The position numbers and the translations under genes are program-made. From Verrucomicrobiales bacterium (GTDB lineage Bacteria; Verrucomicrobiota; Verrucomicrobiia; Verrucomicrobiales; V1-33), in contig JANOAV010000033.1 of the NCBI GenBank assembly GCA_031411295.1, forward strand, positions 1 to 64,000: a stretch of DNA of 64,000 nucleotides, given 5' to 3'. Below the pieces are notes generated by a model that did no database searches, had not been told where the DNA came from, and saw only the letters and a list, made by a program, of their open reading frames with translations. Shown in pieces: positions 1 to 9,895 of this stretch (position 1 is the first letter of the stretch; every line of letters begins with the position of its first letter).

Positions 1-293
1 CCAGGAGGCAGCGAGATCTGAGCCCACACGGGTCCGCATCAGCGACCAACGCCGACAAAACCACCTCCCGAGAATCTCCAACCGAGCCGCCGCGCGTCCC
101 GGCCAGCCCCGCGCGCCCGGTCAGATCAGATGTCCAAAAAAATCCAAAAGCCGTTTTCGGGTTAAAGCCAACAAGCATTGTTCCGAATTTTTCGCCTCGT
201 TTGCATCCAACCGAGGCACCTTTGCGTTGAGTGGCAACTCTGGGCGTGTCCCAGCGTCAAAATTCTTGCAATCCCTTCGCCAGCACCCACTGT

Positions 294-887
294 ATGAAAG
301 AATCCAACCAACTCACACCTCGTATAAATTTGAAATCCTCTCTGCCAGCCGACCTGGATGATTTCGCCTTGATGCGGCTGATCCCCGAGGGCCATACCGA
401 GGCCTTGGCGCTGCTGTATGATCGCCATGCTTCATTGATTTATTCCGTGCTGATGCAGAAGCTGGAAGACCCGGCGGAGGCGCAGGACATCGTGCATGAT
501 GTCTTTGTGAAGCTGCATACCAAGAGTCATCTCTACAGTGCCAGCTTGGGGAAACCAGTGGCTTGGCTGCTGACAGTGGCGCGCAATGCCGCCACCGACA
601 AACTGCGCAAACGCTCCACGCATCAGAAATATGTGAACAAAGCAATGCTGGAAACCGAACAGAGTGCTCCCGCGCATCCGGGGCCGCATGGCGATGAACT
701 CGAATTGCTGCGGCATTGCCTCGCGATTCTGCCCAATCAACAACAGAACATTTTGCAACTAGCCTACTTCAGCGGCCTGACGCAGCAGGAGATTGCCGAC
801 CGTTTAACTCAGCCACTGGGTTCGGTCAAAGCGTGGATCCGCCGTGGTTTAATCAAACTCAGAGATTGCGTGGGAGGGAATTTATGA
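294..887 (+). CDS. ECF RNA polymerase sigma factor (SigK-like)
   Basis: Region 2 (AQDIVHDVFVKL, WLLTVARNAATDKLR) and region 4 (LAYFSGLTQQEIADRL..PLGSVKAWIRRGL) motifs. Start placed at in-frame ATG 294 (ORF open from 231). Stop overlaps the next start (ATGA 884-887). Confidence 0.9.
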   Translation: MKESNQLTPRINLKSSLPADLDDFALMRLIPEGHTEALALLYDRHASLIYSVLMQKLEDPAEAQDIVHDVFVKLHTKSHLYSASLGKPVAWLLTVARNAATDKLRKRSTHQKYVNKAMLETEQSAPAHPGPHGDELELLRHCLAILPNQQQNILQLAYFSGLTQQEIADRLTQPLGSVKAWIRRGLIKLRDCVGGNL

Positions 888-1810
888 TCAGCGAAGTTCA
901 ATCAGAACAGGCCAGTTTATACGTGCTGGGATTACTCCCGGCGGAGGACGCACGCGCCTTTGAGGCGGAAATGGCGGAGAATCCGGAACTAACGACGGAA
1001 GTGGCTTCGTTGAATAACGCCACGCTGGCCCTCGCTCGTTCCGCCCCCGCTTTGGTGGTGCCGCCGGAATGCCGGGAGCGCGTGCTCACCAGCGTGAGTG
1101 CAATGAAAAATAATATCATTCCGCTGCCGCAGAAAAGTCGTTTCGCGCTTATTCCCTGGGCGATTGCAGCGTGCCTTGCGGGCTTGTTGGGCTGGCAATG
1201 GAATCAATATCAAGCATCCAGAACCAGTCTAGAGCAATCCGTGGCGACACAAGTGCAGGCAACGAGGGATCAAGAAGCGCTCGTTATTGAATCCCAGCAA
1301 AAGCTTGCTCAGGCGAAACAAGAGCAGGCCCAGAAGCTTGCGGCAGCAGAAGCGGTTCGGGCTGATTGGGAAACGAAGTTCACGGAAGCCAAGAAGCAAC
1401 TGGCCGCTACGGAAACAGATCGCCAAGGGTTGATGGCGAAACTGACTGCCCTGGAAAATAGGAATTTGCTCACCGAGGCCAAGATCGCACTGCTGGGATC
1501 CCTGATCAAAGACCGTCCCAAAGCGGTGGCCGTTAGCGTTTGGGATCAGGAAAAGCAAACCGGAACGCTGGTGGTAGAGAACCTGCCCGCCCTGGCCAAA
1601 GGCCGGGATTATCAGTTGTGGGTGATCGATCCCAACCTCAAAGCCCCCGTGAGCGCTGGCGTCTTTAAAGTCGACGCTGAAGGCAAAGTGCGGATCAACT
1701 TTAAGCCAGACCAAGCGATCCAACTGCCTGGTAAATTTGCCGTCACGGAAGAAGTCGAAGGTGGTGCTGCTGCCCCCACGATGAATAAGATGGTGGTCAT
1801 AGGGGGGTAA
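884..1810 (+). CDS. Anti-sigma factor, RskA family
   Basis: N-terminal YVLGLL..E...FE motif, one TM (LIPWAIAACLAGLLGW), a coiled coil, and a C-terminal RskA-type LP...DYQLW...PVSAGVF...FAVTEE..GG...PT domain. Coupled to the sigma gene through ATGA. Confidence 0.85.
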   Translation: MISEVQSEQASLYVLGLLPAEDARAFEAEMAENPELTTEVASLNNATLALARSAPALVVPPECRERVLTSVSAMKNNIIPLPQKSRFALIPWAIAACLAGLLGWQWNQYQASRTSLEQSVATQVQATRDQEALVIESQQKLAQAKQEQAQKLAAAEAVRADWETKFTEAKKQLAATETDRQGLMAKLTALENRNLLTEAKIALLGSLIKDRPKAVAVSVWDQEKQTGTLVVENLPALAKGRDYQLWVIDPNLKAPVSAGVFKVDAEGKVRINFKPDQAIQLPGKFAVTEEVEGGAAAPTMNKMVVIGG

Positions 1811-1854
1811 CGTCGGAATGAGCACGGTGCCGGTGGCAACTACGGTGGCTTTGG

Positions 1855-1947
1855 GTAGTCATGGGCTTTAGGCCCGCAGGCAGGTCCCGGGTGGATTCAC
1901 GCGTCTGATGCAAGGGAAATGTTTTACGGGCTGAAGCCCTGGACTAC
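1855..1947. repeat. REP-like inverted doublet (GTAG family)
   Basis: GTAGTCATGGGCTTTAGGCCCG ... CGGGCTGAAGCCCTGGACTAC. Each arm is GTAG followed by a short palindrome. Lies between convergent genes. A homologous copy is at 22406-22490. Confidence 0.75.
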
Positions 1948-2003
1948 GGGGGCTTTGCGTGGTTTGGGCTGAAACTCGAACACAACTGAATGATGAAGCA
2001 AAC

Positions 2004-3464
2004 TCAAGAAACCACACTCTTGATCTCACCGTCCACCAAGCGCGTGCGGAGCTGATCGCCTTTCTTGAGTTGGCGCACGCTCTTCACCGGCAAGCCGTGC
2101 TGGTCCGTCGTGAGGCTGTAGCCACGCGCCATGGTGGCGTCCGGGCTGAGGGCATTGAGCAGTTGCTTAAGATGCAGCAGCCGATCCTGCATTTGTTTCC
2201 TGCGATGCTGAAAGCGCAGCTCCAGCAACTCCCGCAACAGAGCCGTGCGAGCAACGCGTCGTTGCAACTCGGCCGCAGGAGAATGCTGTTCGAGTTGGAA
2301 ACGCAGTTCCTGCAGACGACCACGCTGCGCTTGAATCTGATCCTGCGCGGACTGCTGCAGGCTGCGCTGAAGTTCATCCAGCGCTTGCTGGTGATCCGCC
2401 AAGCTCCGCTCCACCCAGCGATCCAACGGCCCCTTGCCCATGAGTGCCAGGACCTTGCTCCAATGCTCCAACGTCTGGCGCAGGCGCGACTGCATCGTCT
2501 GCGACCAGCGAGCCAGTGTGGAGACTATTTCCAAGCGATCCGGGGCCAGCAATTCCGCAGCGGCACTGGGCGTGGGTGCACGCAGATCCGCCACGAAGTC
2601 TGCGATGGTAAAGTCAATTTCGTGACCGACGGCCGAGATGGTCGGCAAGGGACAATCGGCCAACGCCCGAGCCACCGACTCCTCGTTGAAGCTCCAGAGA
2701 TCCTCCAAACTACCGCCACCACGACCCACCACCAGCACATCAATTTTTGGCAAACCGGGTTGCGGTTGGCTCAGATACCGAATGGCCGCCGCGATTTGTT
2801 CATGGGCCCCGGCCCCCTGCACGGCCACGGAATAAACCAGCACTCGAATCCATGGCGCCCGCCGTTCCAGCACGTGCAACATATCCCGCAGGGCCGCCCC
2901 GCTAGCCGCCGTGACAATGGCGATGGTCTCGGGATACGGAGGGAGCGAAATTTTCCGTGCACTATCGAACAATCCCTCCTCCGCCAACTTGCGTTTCAAC
3001 TCTTCAAACCGTTGTTGCAAAGCCCCCTGGCCGGATTGCTGCACTTTGCGCACCGTCATTTGCATTTGTCCCCGCGCTTCGTAAACCGTTAGGTCCCCGC
3101 AAACCTGCACCTCCATGCCGTCCCGTAATTTCAGGCTCAACGCAGCCGCCTGACTCCGCCACAGCACACAGCTGACTTGAGCTCCAGCATCCTTCAGCGT
3201 GAAATATTGATGCCCGCTGGGATGCGATTTGAAGTTACTGATCTCCCCCTGCACCCAGATTTTCGTGAACCCCGCCTCCAACGCGGCCCGGGTTTCCCGC
3301 AACAATTGCGTGACCGACCACATCCGTTCCTCCGCAGGCACGACGGGCTTGGCCGCTTTGACGGGAGCACGTCGCTTCGGCTTCGCATCAAGGCTGGGAG
3401 GAATCGGAGCGGACTTGGCGTCGGGAGCCTCGGGTTCAAGAAAATTGAAGGAGAATAAATCCAT
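2004..3464 (-). CDS. xseA: Exodeoxyribonuclease VII large subunit
   Basis: Motifs WVQGEISNF..HPSGHQYFTLKD, GRGGGSLEDLWSFNEE, SAVGHEIDFTIADFVADLRAPTPSAAAE, and C-terminal LSP...RGYS. Confidence 0.97.
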   Translation of the reverse strand: MDLFSFNFLEPEAPDAKSAPIPPSLDAKPKRRAPVKAAKPVVPAEERMWSVTQLLRETRAALEAGFTKIWVQGEISNFKSHPSGHQYFTLKDAGAQVSCVLWRSQAAALSLKLRDGMEVQVCGDLTVYEARGQMQMTVRKVQQSGQGALQQRFEELKRKLAEEGLFDSARKISLPPYPETIAIVTAASGAALRDMLHVLERRAPWIRVLVYSVAVQGAGAHEQIAAAIRYLSQPQPGLPKIDVLVVGRGGGSLEDLWSFNEESVARALADCPLPTISAVGHEIDFTIADFVADLRAPTPSAAAELLAPDRLEIVSTLARWSQTMQSRLRQTLEHWSKVLALMGKGPLDRWVERSLADHQQALDELQRSLQQSAQDQIQAQRGRLQELRFQLEQHSPAAELQRRVARTALLRELLELRFQHRRKQMQDRLLHLKQLLNALSPDATMARGYSLTTDQHGLPVKSVRQLKKGDQLRTRLVDGEIKSVVS

Positions 3465-3465
3465 G

Positions 3466-3609
3466 TTAGCTACCCCAATCTATGTCGGCGTAGATTCCGC
3501 CCGCCATGGCATACATCACCCCGTCGTGGAACTCACTGCGAAAATCTGCAGCGCGTTCAACGACAAGGTATTCGGCAGCCGTAAGCAACGGAAGGGAGAC
3601 AGCACTCAT
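3466..3609 (-). pseudogene. Internally deleted Uma2/DUF820 endonuclease-family remnant (47 aa)
   Basis: Manual translation (below the ORF-track cutoff): MSAVSLPLLTAAEYLVVERAADFRSEFHDGVMYAMAGG-IYADIDWGS*. A Uma2-type N-terminus joins directly to a Uma2-type C-terminal tail; the nuclease core is absent. Confidence 0.75.
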
Positions 3610-3640
3610 ATGGTTGAGACTACCCCATGAATTTCAAGCC

Positions 3641-5065
3641 TCAAGCCAAAATCCCGTTCACCAAATGCCCGTGAATATCCGTTAGTCGGAAATCCCGTCC
3701 CTGCGTCCGGAAAGTTAGACGTTCGTGGTCGAAGCCCAAGCAATGCATCAGCGTAGCCTGGATATCATGGACGTGAACGGGATCGGAGACGATGTTGTAG
3801 CCGAGTTCATCGGTGGCTCCGTGCACGATGCCAGGCTTGATGCCGCCGCCAGCCAGCCACATGCTGTAGGCTTTCGGATGGTGATCCCGACCACGCGCGC
3901 GGCCCAGGGCGGCGTTACTCTCGACCATGGGCGTGCGGCCGAATTCTCCGCCCCAGACCACGAGCGTTTCGTCCAGTAAGCCCCGACGTTTCAGGTCGGT
4001 TACCAAGGCGGCGGAGGCTTGATCGGTGGCCTTGCAGAGATTTTTGTGATTGCCCACGACATCACTGTGAGCGTCCCAACCTTCATGGAAAATATTGATG
4101 TAGCGCACGCCGCGTTCAATCATGCGGCGGGCCAGCAAACAAGCGCGGGCGAACGATGGCACGGCAGGATCGCATCCGTAGAGATCCAGCGTTTCCTTGG
4201 TCTCGCTCTTCAGATCCATCAATTCCGGGGCGGACGTTTGCAGGCGAAAGGCCATTTCATAGTTGGCTAGTCGGGTGGCAATCTCAGGGTCGCCCGTAGC
4301 TTCCAGCCGACGTTTATTCAAGGCGCCCACGAGATCCAAGGTATCGCGTTGGAGCGTAGCATCGAGACCTTGGGGATTGGAAACATTGAGGATGGGATCG
4401 CCTTGGTTGCGGAAACGGACTCCGGTGTAGGTCGTGGGGAGGAAGCCGCTGGACCACAAGGCGGAGCCGCCGCTGATGCCGCTGCCAGTGCTCAAGACGA
4501 CGAATGCTGGTAAATCCTGCGTGGCGCAGCCCAGGCCATACGTGACCCACGATCCAATGCTGGGGCGGCCGGGCACTGCGAATCCAGTCTGGAAGAAAGT
4601 CTGCGCTGGAGCGTGGTTGAATTGCTCCGTATGCACCGAGCGAACCAGACAGATGTCATCCACGATCTTCGCCAAGTGCGGCAGCGCTTCGGAAATCTCG
4701 GTGCCAGACTGACCGTGTTTATTGAATTTAAACTGTGGTCCCATGACTGCGGCATCCGCGCGGATGAAGGCCAGGCGTTGACCTTCGGTAACCGATGGCG
4801 GCAGGGGCTTACCATCCATTTTGGTCAGCTCCGGCTTGGGATCAAAGAGATCCAGATGACTCGGGGCTCCGGCCATAAACAAATGCACCACAGCCTTCGC
4901 TTTGCCAGGAAAATGGCCGGGGTGGGCTGCGAGCGGATTAACATTGACCGCACTGGCGCGATTGGCCAGCAGGCCACCCAGCGCCAACTTCCCCACGCCC
5001 ACGCCACAGTCGCGCAGGAAGTGTCGGCGGGTAATATCGAGGCAACGATGTTGATAGGAATTCAT
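3641..5065 (-). CDS. DUF1501 domain protein (sulfatase-like, Tat signal)
   Basis: TRRHFL Tat motif, AKAVVHLFMAGAPSHLDLFDPKP, WDAH, GEFGRTP, GRDHHP. Directly downstream of a PSD1 cytochrome gene, as is typical in PVC bacteria. Confidence 0.92.
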   Translation of the reverse strand: MNSYQHRCLDITRRHFLRDCGVGVGKLALGGLLANRASAVNVNPLAAHPGHFPGKAKAVVHLFMAGAPSHLDLFDPKPELTKMDGKPLPPSVTEGQRLAFIRADAAVMGPQFKFNKHGQSGTEISEALPHLAKIVDDICLVRSVHTEQFNHAPAQTFFQTGFAVPGRPSIGSWVTYGLGCATQDLPAFVVLSTGSGISGGSALWSSGFLPTTYTGVRFRNQGDPILNVSNPQGLDATLQRDTLDLVGALNKRRLEATGDPEIATRLANYEMAFRLQTSAPELMDLKSETKETLDLYGCDPAVPSFARACLLARRMIERGVRYINIFHEGWDAHSDVVGNHKNLCKATDQASAALVTDLKRRGLLDETLVVWGGEFGRTPMVESNAALGRARGRDHHPKAYSMWLAGGGIKPGIVHGATDELGYNIVSDPVHVHDIQATLMHCLGFDHERLTFRTQGRDFRLTDIHGHLVNGILA

Positions 5066-5083
5066 GATAGGTAAAATTTGTGC

Positions 5084-8000
5084 CTAGCTTTTGGTAACGA
5101 ACTCATCCAGATTAAATAACGCTCGAGCGACCGCTGTCCAGGCTGCGCGCTCAGCCACAGTGGCTGGCAGGCCGTCTCCGGCAACTTGTTTGGCGGCATC
5201 GGCTGAGCTGGCGAAACGTGTCCGTTGCTTATCCTGAAACTCCGCCACTTTGGTCAATTCTTCTGCTGAGGGCAGGCGGGCAAAACACCGATGGTAGGCT
5301 TCGGCTATTTTCTCATGGGGCCCACCTACAGCCTCCGCCAGGCGCTTGCCCAGAGCCTGCGCTGCTTCGGTGATGATGATGTCATTCAGCATCGTTAGCG
5401 CCTGCAACGGTGTGTTGGACATATCGCGACGCACCAAGCAGGCCTCGCCCGTGGGGGCATCGAACGTAGTGCTGAAGGCAAACGGAGCGGTGCGCTTGGT
5501 GTAGGTATAAATCGTGCGGCGGTAGCGATCCTCTCCCGTGCTGGCGACCCAATTGAAGCCGCCATAGGTTCCTTCGGTCGTAATGCTGGTCGGCTGCGGC
5601 GGGAAGACTCCGGGACCAAACATCTTCTCCGAAAGCAGACCAGAGGCTCGCAGGGCGGTGTCTCGCACCACTTCCGATTCGAGTCGCAGGCGTGGTCCAC
5701 GCCAGAGCAATTTGTTCTCGGCATCCTTTTCGACCGCCTCGGGCCGGGAACTGATGGATTGTTGATAGGTCCGACTAGTGACGATCAAGCGATGCAATTT
5801 CTTGAAGGACCATCCCTCCTCCATGAAGCGAATTGCCAACCAGTCCAACAATTGAGGATGCGATGGAGGGTCGCTCTGGAAACCGAAATCCTCCTGCGTC
5901 TTGACGATGCCACGTCCGAAAAACGTGCCCCAAGCCCGATTGACGACGACGCGGGCGGTGAGGGGACTGTCACGGCTAACAAGCCACTTGGCAAACATCA
6001 GTCGATCCTTGGGAGCGCCCGGCGGGAGTGGATTCAGGAAGGCCATCACTCCCGCACTGACACGCTCGGTGGGCTGCGTGAACTCGCCTCGATTGTGAAT
6101 GAAGGTGGGGCGGGGATTATTGGCCGGGCGTTCTTTGAAGGCCAGCGAAGTCAGGACGGAGGCTGGTTTGCGGAGATCTTCAATTTCCTTCCGCTGGTTG
6201 GCCAGTTCAGGCGCGGTGTAGAGAAACTCCTGCCGCAAGAGCTGTAGTTCCTCCGAGGTCGGGGCGGATTTATGGAGTAACGCCTGCACTGCTTGCGCGG
6301 CTGCGCTGGCAGCAATTTCGCCCGTCTGCGTGGTGAAGGAGACGCGGAATTTACCAAGCGAACAAGCGTAATGTCGGCCGAACATCATCGTTAAATTTAG
6401 TTCAGCAGTGGTCAAGGGTTGCGCCAAGGTGAAGACGGCTTCATGCGCTTGACCTTCGCGTCCCGCGCAAGTCCAGCCGGTCTCAGGATTCCCGTCGATC
6501 GCTGCCTGCGCGCTGGCACCGCCGCCGAAATTGTTCTTGGCATAGCTCTCGGTGCCCTTGGTTAGTTTGATGGGTTGGCCGGCGGAACTCAGTTTAAATT
6601 CGCCCAGGAAAAAGTCCCCCTTCGGTCCCTCATAATACGTCATGCCGGGACCATGGGCTGGCAGACGATCATCCGGCAAGGCCTCCAAACGAACTCCGGT
6701 GATGTTTGCTGGAAGGTGGCGGAACTTGAGTTCGTAGGTGTCCATCTTCGTGATATCACCACTGGCGAAAACGCTGGCATCCGGCTCGATAGTTAGGAGC
6801 GGCATATTCGAAGTAGCTTCGCTGGGAGCAACCACCTGCCAGCGCGCAGTCTTCTCCCGTTGGCCCTTGAGCCACGCGGCAAATGCGGTCTCGAGAGACT
6901 TGGTCTGCAACTCCGCAACATTTAATCCCGGCTCCTGCGGAGAACCCATACTGACTTTGATCCGTCCGATGGTGTGATGCCCTCCTTGGAACTGCTTCAG
7001 GACGACGCGCACCTCGCAGGCAGTCGTGATGGGAGTTGCCAGCGTGAAGGTGGCGGCCTGGTTGCTGCGGATATTTTTGCCTGGAACATCAATCCCCCAG
7101 CCGGTGTTAGGATTACCATCCACCGCAGAAGTTACGGGGAACCCCGATTGATCCGCGGTGGAGGTAGCTTGTTGGAGTGTCACCAACTTGCCGGCGGCAT
7201 AAACTTCAAGTTCACTAACTACGAAATTTCCGTGGAGCGTGCGACCGGGTCCTTTGCCCTTGATGGAATCGTCGATGAGCGCCTCCAATTTCAGGCTGGT
7301 AAAGTTCCCCTGCGGCAAGTTGAAATTGAGGGTCGTGGTAACCTTATCCGGCCCATTGGTGGTGCAGAGCACCGAACCGTCAGGTAGCACCCGCGTGGGG
7401 TCGGCAGGTTCGGTGGTAACGGTGGGAGTTGGCGTTTGCCAGGCCACAGCCACGTCAGGCGCAGGCCATTTTTTAGCGAGGTCAGCCACCAGGTGATCAG
7501 CCTTGGCTTTGCGCTCGGCAGATTTGCGATCATAGTCCGCATCCCGAATCTCGATCTCGGGCTCATCCGCGTTGTTGAGGAACGCCATGATGGAGTAGTA
7601 GTCATGGTGCAGGATGGGATCGTATTTGTGGGTATGGCACTGACAGCACTGCAAGGTGAGACCCAGCCACGTGGCTCCGGTGGTGGCGACCCGATCTGTC
7701 ATGGCATTGAAACGAAACTCCAACGGATCGATCCCGCCTTCTTCATTGAGCATGGTGTTGCGATGGAATCCCGTGGCGATGAGTTGGTCGATGGTCGCGT
7801 TAGGCAGCAGGTCTCCCGCAATTTGTTCAATCGTAAATTGATCGAATGGCATGTCTGCATTGAGCGCTTTGATCACCCAATCGCGATACGGCCAGACGGT
7901 GCGGGCGCGATCTTTTTCATAGCCATTCGTATCCGCATAGCGCGCCAGATCGAGCCACTTGCGGCCCCAGCGTTCCCCGTAGCGCGGAGAGGCCAGAAGG

Positions 8001-8632
8001 CGATCTACCGCCTTGTCGTAAGCGTCGGGCGCAGCGTCCGCGAGAAATGTTGTCAACTCTTCCATCGTTGGCTGGAGGCCGATGAGATCAATACTCACAC
8101 GACGCAGCAGAGCGGACTTTTCCGCCTGCGGGGATGGTTGCAATCCCACTTCGTGAAGTTTCTCCTGGACGAAGGCATCGATCGGATTGGCTACCGCTCC
8201 TGTTACCGCTGGAACCGGAGGCAGCGTGGGAGCCTGGAACGCCCAGTGCTTTTCATACTTGGCTCCGGCTGCGATCCATTGTTCAAACAGCACGACCTGC
8301 TGCGGCGTGAGCGTCTTCTTCATCGACGGGGGCGGCATCATTTCATCAGGATCCGTGGAATGCAGGCGCTTAATGATTTCACTCAGCTCCGGCTTGCCTT
8401 CCACGAAAGCAGGGTCGCCCGATTTGCCGCCTTTGAGGGCTTTGGCGCGATCATCCAACTGCAGGCCGCCCTTCCTCCCTTTATCATCCGGTCCATGGCA
8501 TTTGAGGCACATGTCCGAAAGAATCGGACGGATATCGCGGCTGAAGGAGACGTCGTTCGCGAAAACATGGCCTGACAGGATCCAGATCAACGGAACTGCC
8601 AAGAAACGAAAGCTGTGGGGGGAAAGTTTCAT
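5084..8632 (-). CDS. Planctomycete cytochrome c + DUF1549/DUF1553 (PSD1) domain protein
   Basis: Signal peptide, FSRDIRPILSDMCLKCHGPD heme motif, NPIDAF, YGERWGRKWLDLARYAD, CCQCHTHKYDP, PPSHPQLLDWLA, TPLQAL. Two inserted beta-sandwich repeats. Start placed at ATG 8632. Confidence 0.92.
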   Translation of the reverse strand: MKLSPHSFRFLAVPLIWILSGHVFANDVSFSRDIRPILSDMCLKCHGPDDKGRKGGLQLDDRAKALKGGKSGDPAFVEGKPELSEIIKRLHSTDPDEMMPPPSMKKTLTPQQVVLFEQWIAAGAKYEKHWAFQAPTLPPVPAVTGAVANPIDAFVQEKLHEVGLQPSPQAEKSALLRRVSIDLIGLQPTMEELTTFLADAAPDAYDKAVDRLLASPRYGERWGRKWLDLARYADTNGYEKDRARTVWPYRDWVIKALNADMPFDQFTIEQIAGDLLPNATIDQLIATGFHRNTMLNEEGGIDPLEFRFNAMTDRVATTGATWLGLTLQCCQCHTHKYDPILHHDYYSIMAFLNNADEPEIEIRDADYDRKSAERKAKADHLVADLAKKWPAPDVAVAWQTPTPTVTTEPADPTRVLPDGSVLCTTNGPDKVTTTLNFNLPQGNFTSLKLEALIDDSIKGKGPGRTLHGNFVVSELEVYAAGKLVTLQQATSTADQSGFPVTSAVDGNPNTGWGIDVPGKNIRSNQAATFTLATPITTACEVRVVLKQFQGGHHTIGRIKVSMGSPQEPGLNVAELQTKSLETAFAAWLKGQREKTARWQVVAPSEATSNMPLLTIEPDASVFASGDITKMDTYELKFRHLPANITGVRLEALPDDRLPAHGPGMTYYEGPKGDFFLGEFKLSSAGQPIKLTKGTESYAKNNFGGGASAQAAIDGNPETGWTCAGREGQAHEAVFTLAQPLTTAELNLTMMFGRHYACSLGKFRVSFTTQTGEIAASAAAQAVQALLHKSAPTSEELQLLRQEFLYTAPELANQRKEIEDLRKPASVLTSLAFKERPANNPRPTFIHNRGEFTQPTERVSAGVMAFLNPLPPGAPKDRLMFAKWLVSRDSPLTARVVVNRAWGTFFGRGIVKTQEDFGFQSDPPSHPQLLDWLAIRFMEEGWSFKKLHRLIVTSRTYQQSISSRPEAVEKDAENKLLWRGPRLRLESEVVRDTALRASGLLSEKMFGPGVFPPQPTSITTEGTYGGFNWVASTGEDRYRRTIYTYTKRTAPFAFSTTFDAPTGEACLVRRDMSNTPLQALTMLNDIIITEAAQALGKRLAEAVGGPHEKIAEAYHRCFARLPSAEELTKVAEFQDKQRTRFASSADAAKQVAGDGLPATVAERAAWTAVARALFNLDEFVTKS

Positions 8633-8755
8633 AAACTGCGGATGTGCAGGAAGCACGCCATACCAAACGCCCCTCGACCCGCTAAAGCAACCCAGATTTA
8701 GGCCTCAACCGTCCCCTGTTTGAGTGGGGTGCAGGAACGGAAGCCGACCGATCAG

Positions 8756-9895
8756 CTAATGCAGGAAGCCGGCCACGCCTGGCATGTTGCCATCGTGGGA
8801 ATTGACATAGGCTTGCTCGCTCGGGGAAAGCTGCTCCAAGGCCGATTGACGCGTGACTTGCTCATCTGGCTTATCTTTCCATCGGTGGAAGGCGTTGGCT
8901 AAAGCGTCCAAGCGCGCCCCGCCGCCTTCCAACTGTTTGGCAAACGCCACGCCTTGCGCGGGGCCCTGGGTCTGGCAGATTTCATTGACGCAAGCCCAAG
9001 CCTGCGTGATGCGCGTTGGCGATGGAGCCATGCTGTTGAGAAATTCTGCCACCACCGCAGGCCGTTGCACCGCCAAGGCGGCGGTGGTGCCGATTTGTTC
9101 AAAAGTGCTGATGCGTCCGCCCAGCGTGGACAATCTGGCCGCAAACGCATCAGGACGAGCCGCGATCAATTTTTCGGCGGCCTCGTCTTGCAAGATTGGC
9201 AGCTTGCATTGCTGTGCCAGATACCAATCGGCAGCCTCCGCGGCATTGCTTTTGCTCCATTCCCTAATCATCCCCAGGGCCAATTCAGAATTGACCCTAC
9301 TGGAGGGCTGGGTGGCCAGCCATTGCGTAAACTTTGCGGCCGGCCACGGAAAATTATCGTCCTCCTGCTCCAACTCGAATCTGAGCTTGGCAGACGCTTG
9401 GAGCATGGAAGCGGCTTGCGCAGGATCCGTTGCAAAAACCACGCTGAGGATGGCCCCCAGGTGACGTTTCCCTTTGCTGCGCTTGAGCAATTCCCAGGCT
9501 TCACTAGCATCCTGCTGGGCGACGTGATACCATGTCGTCCCACTCGCCAACGCGCCCTTATCATGATCCACGAGAAATGACAGGCAGTCCAGTGGAGCCT
9601 CCGTTTCCCAAGCCTCCACCAGTTGTTTGAGGTGAATCTCCCGACTCATACTTTCGGGTTCGGCCAGCAGATCGGAGAGCGTGGCGGCGTATCCTTTAGT
9701 CTTGGCTTGGGCGGGAAATTTCAGCATCGCCAAGAGCGTAGCTTCAGTTCCAGCGTTCTGGTCATTGAACTGTGGCTGTTGCTTGGGAGATGCCTTGCCC
9801 GTCGTTTGGACAGCCGGGGCCATTACCTTCGACTGGTGCGGCCAAGCCAGCGCAGCGCCCATGACGAAACTAAGCATGACGAGCATCCATTTCAT
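8756..9895 (-). CDS. Hypothetical exported alpha-helical repeat protein
   Basis: N-terminal hydrophobic segment from MKWMLVML and repeated W...DP/N..AA..W motifs. Start overlaps the stop of the upstream gene (ATGA). Confidence 0.7.
   Translation of the reverse strand: MKWMLVMLSFVMGAALAWPHQSKVMAPAVQTTGKASPKQQPQFNDQNAGTEATLLAMLKFPAQAKTKGYAATLSDLLAEPESMSREIHLKQLVEAWETEAPLDCLSFLVDHDKGALASGTTWYHVAQQDASEAWELLKRSKGKRHLGAILSVVFATDPAQAASMLQASAKLRFELEQEDDNFPWPAAKFTQWLATQPSSRVNSELALGMIREWSKSNAAEAADWYLAQQCKLPILQDEAAEKLIAARPDAFAARLSTLGGRISTFEQIGTTAALAVQRPAVVAEFLNSMAPSPTRITQAWACVNEICQTQGPAQGVAFAKQLEGGGARLDALANAFHRWKDKPDEQVTRQSALEQLSPSEQAYVNSHDGNMPGVAGFLH

Noticed and set aside
1..160. Possible partial gene or repeat at the window edge
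   Set aside because: Too short, and no recognisable coding or structural signal.
1959..3092. Long antisense ORFs, e.g. 1959..3092+, 7436..8575+, 15786..16853+, 24735..25607-, 28124..29098+, 49573..50466+, 57700..58773+
   Set aside because: Each lies opposite a well-supported gene and has no recognisable motifs. Such shadow ORFs are expected in GC-rich DNA.
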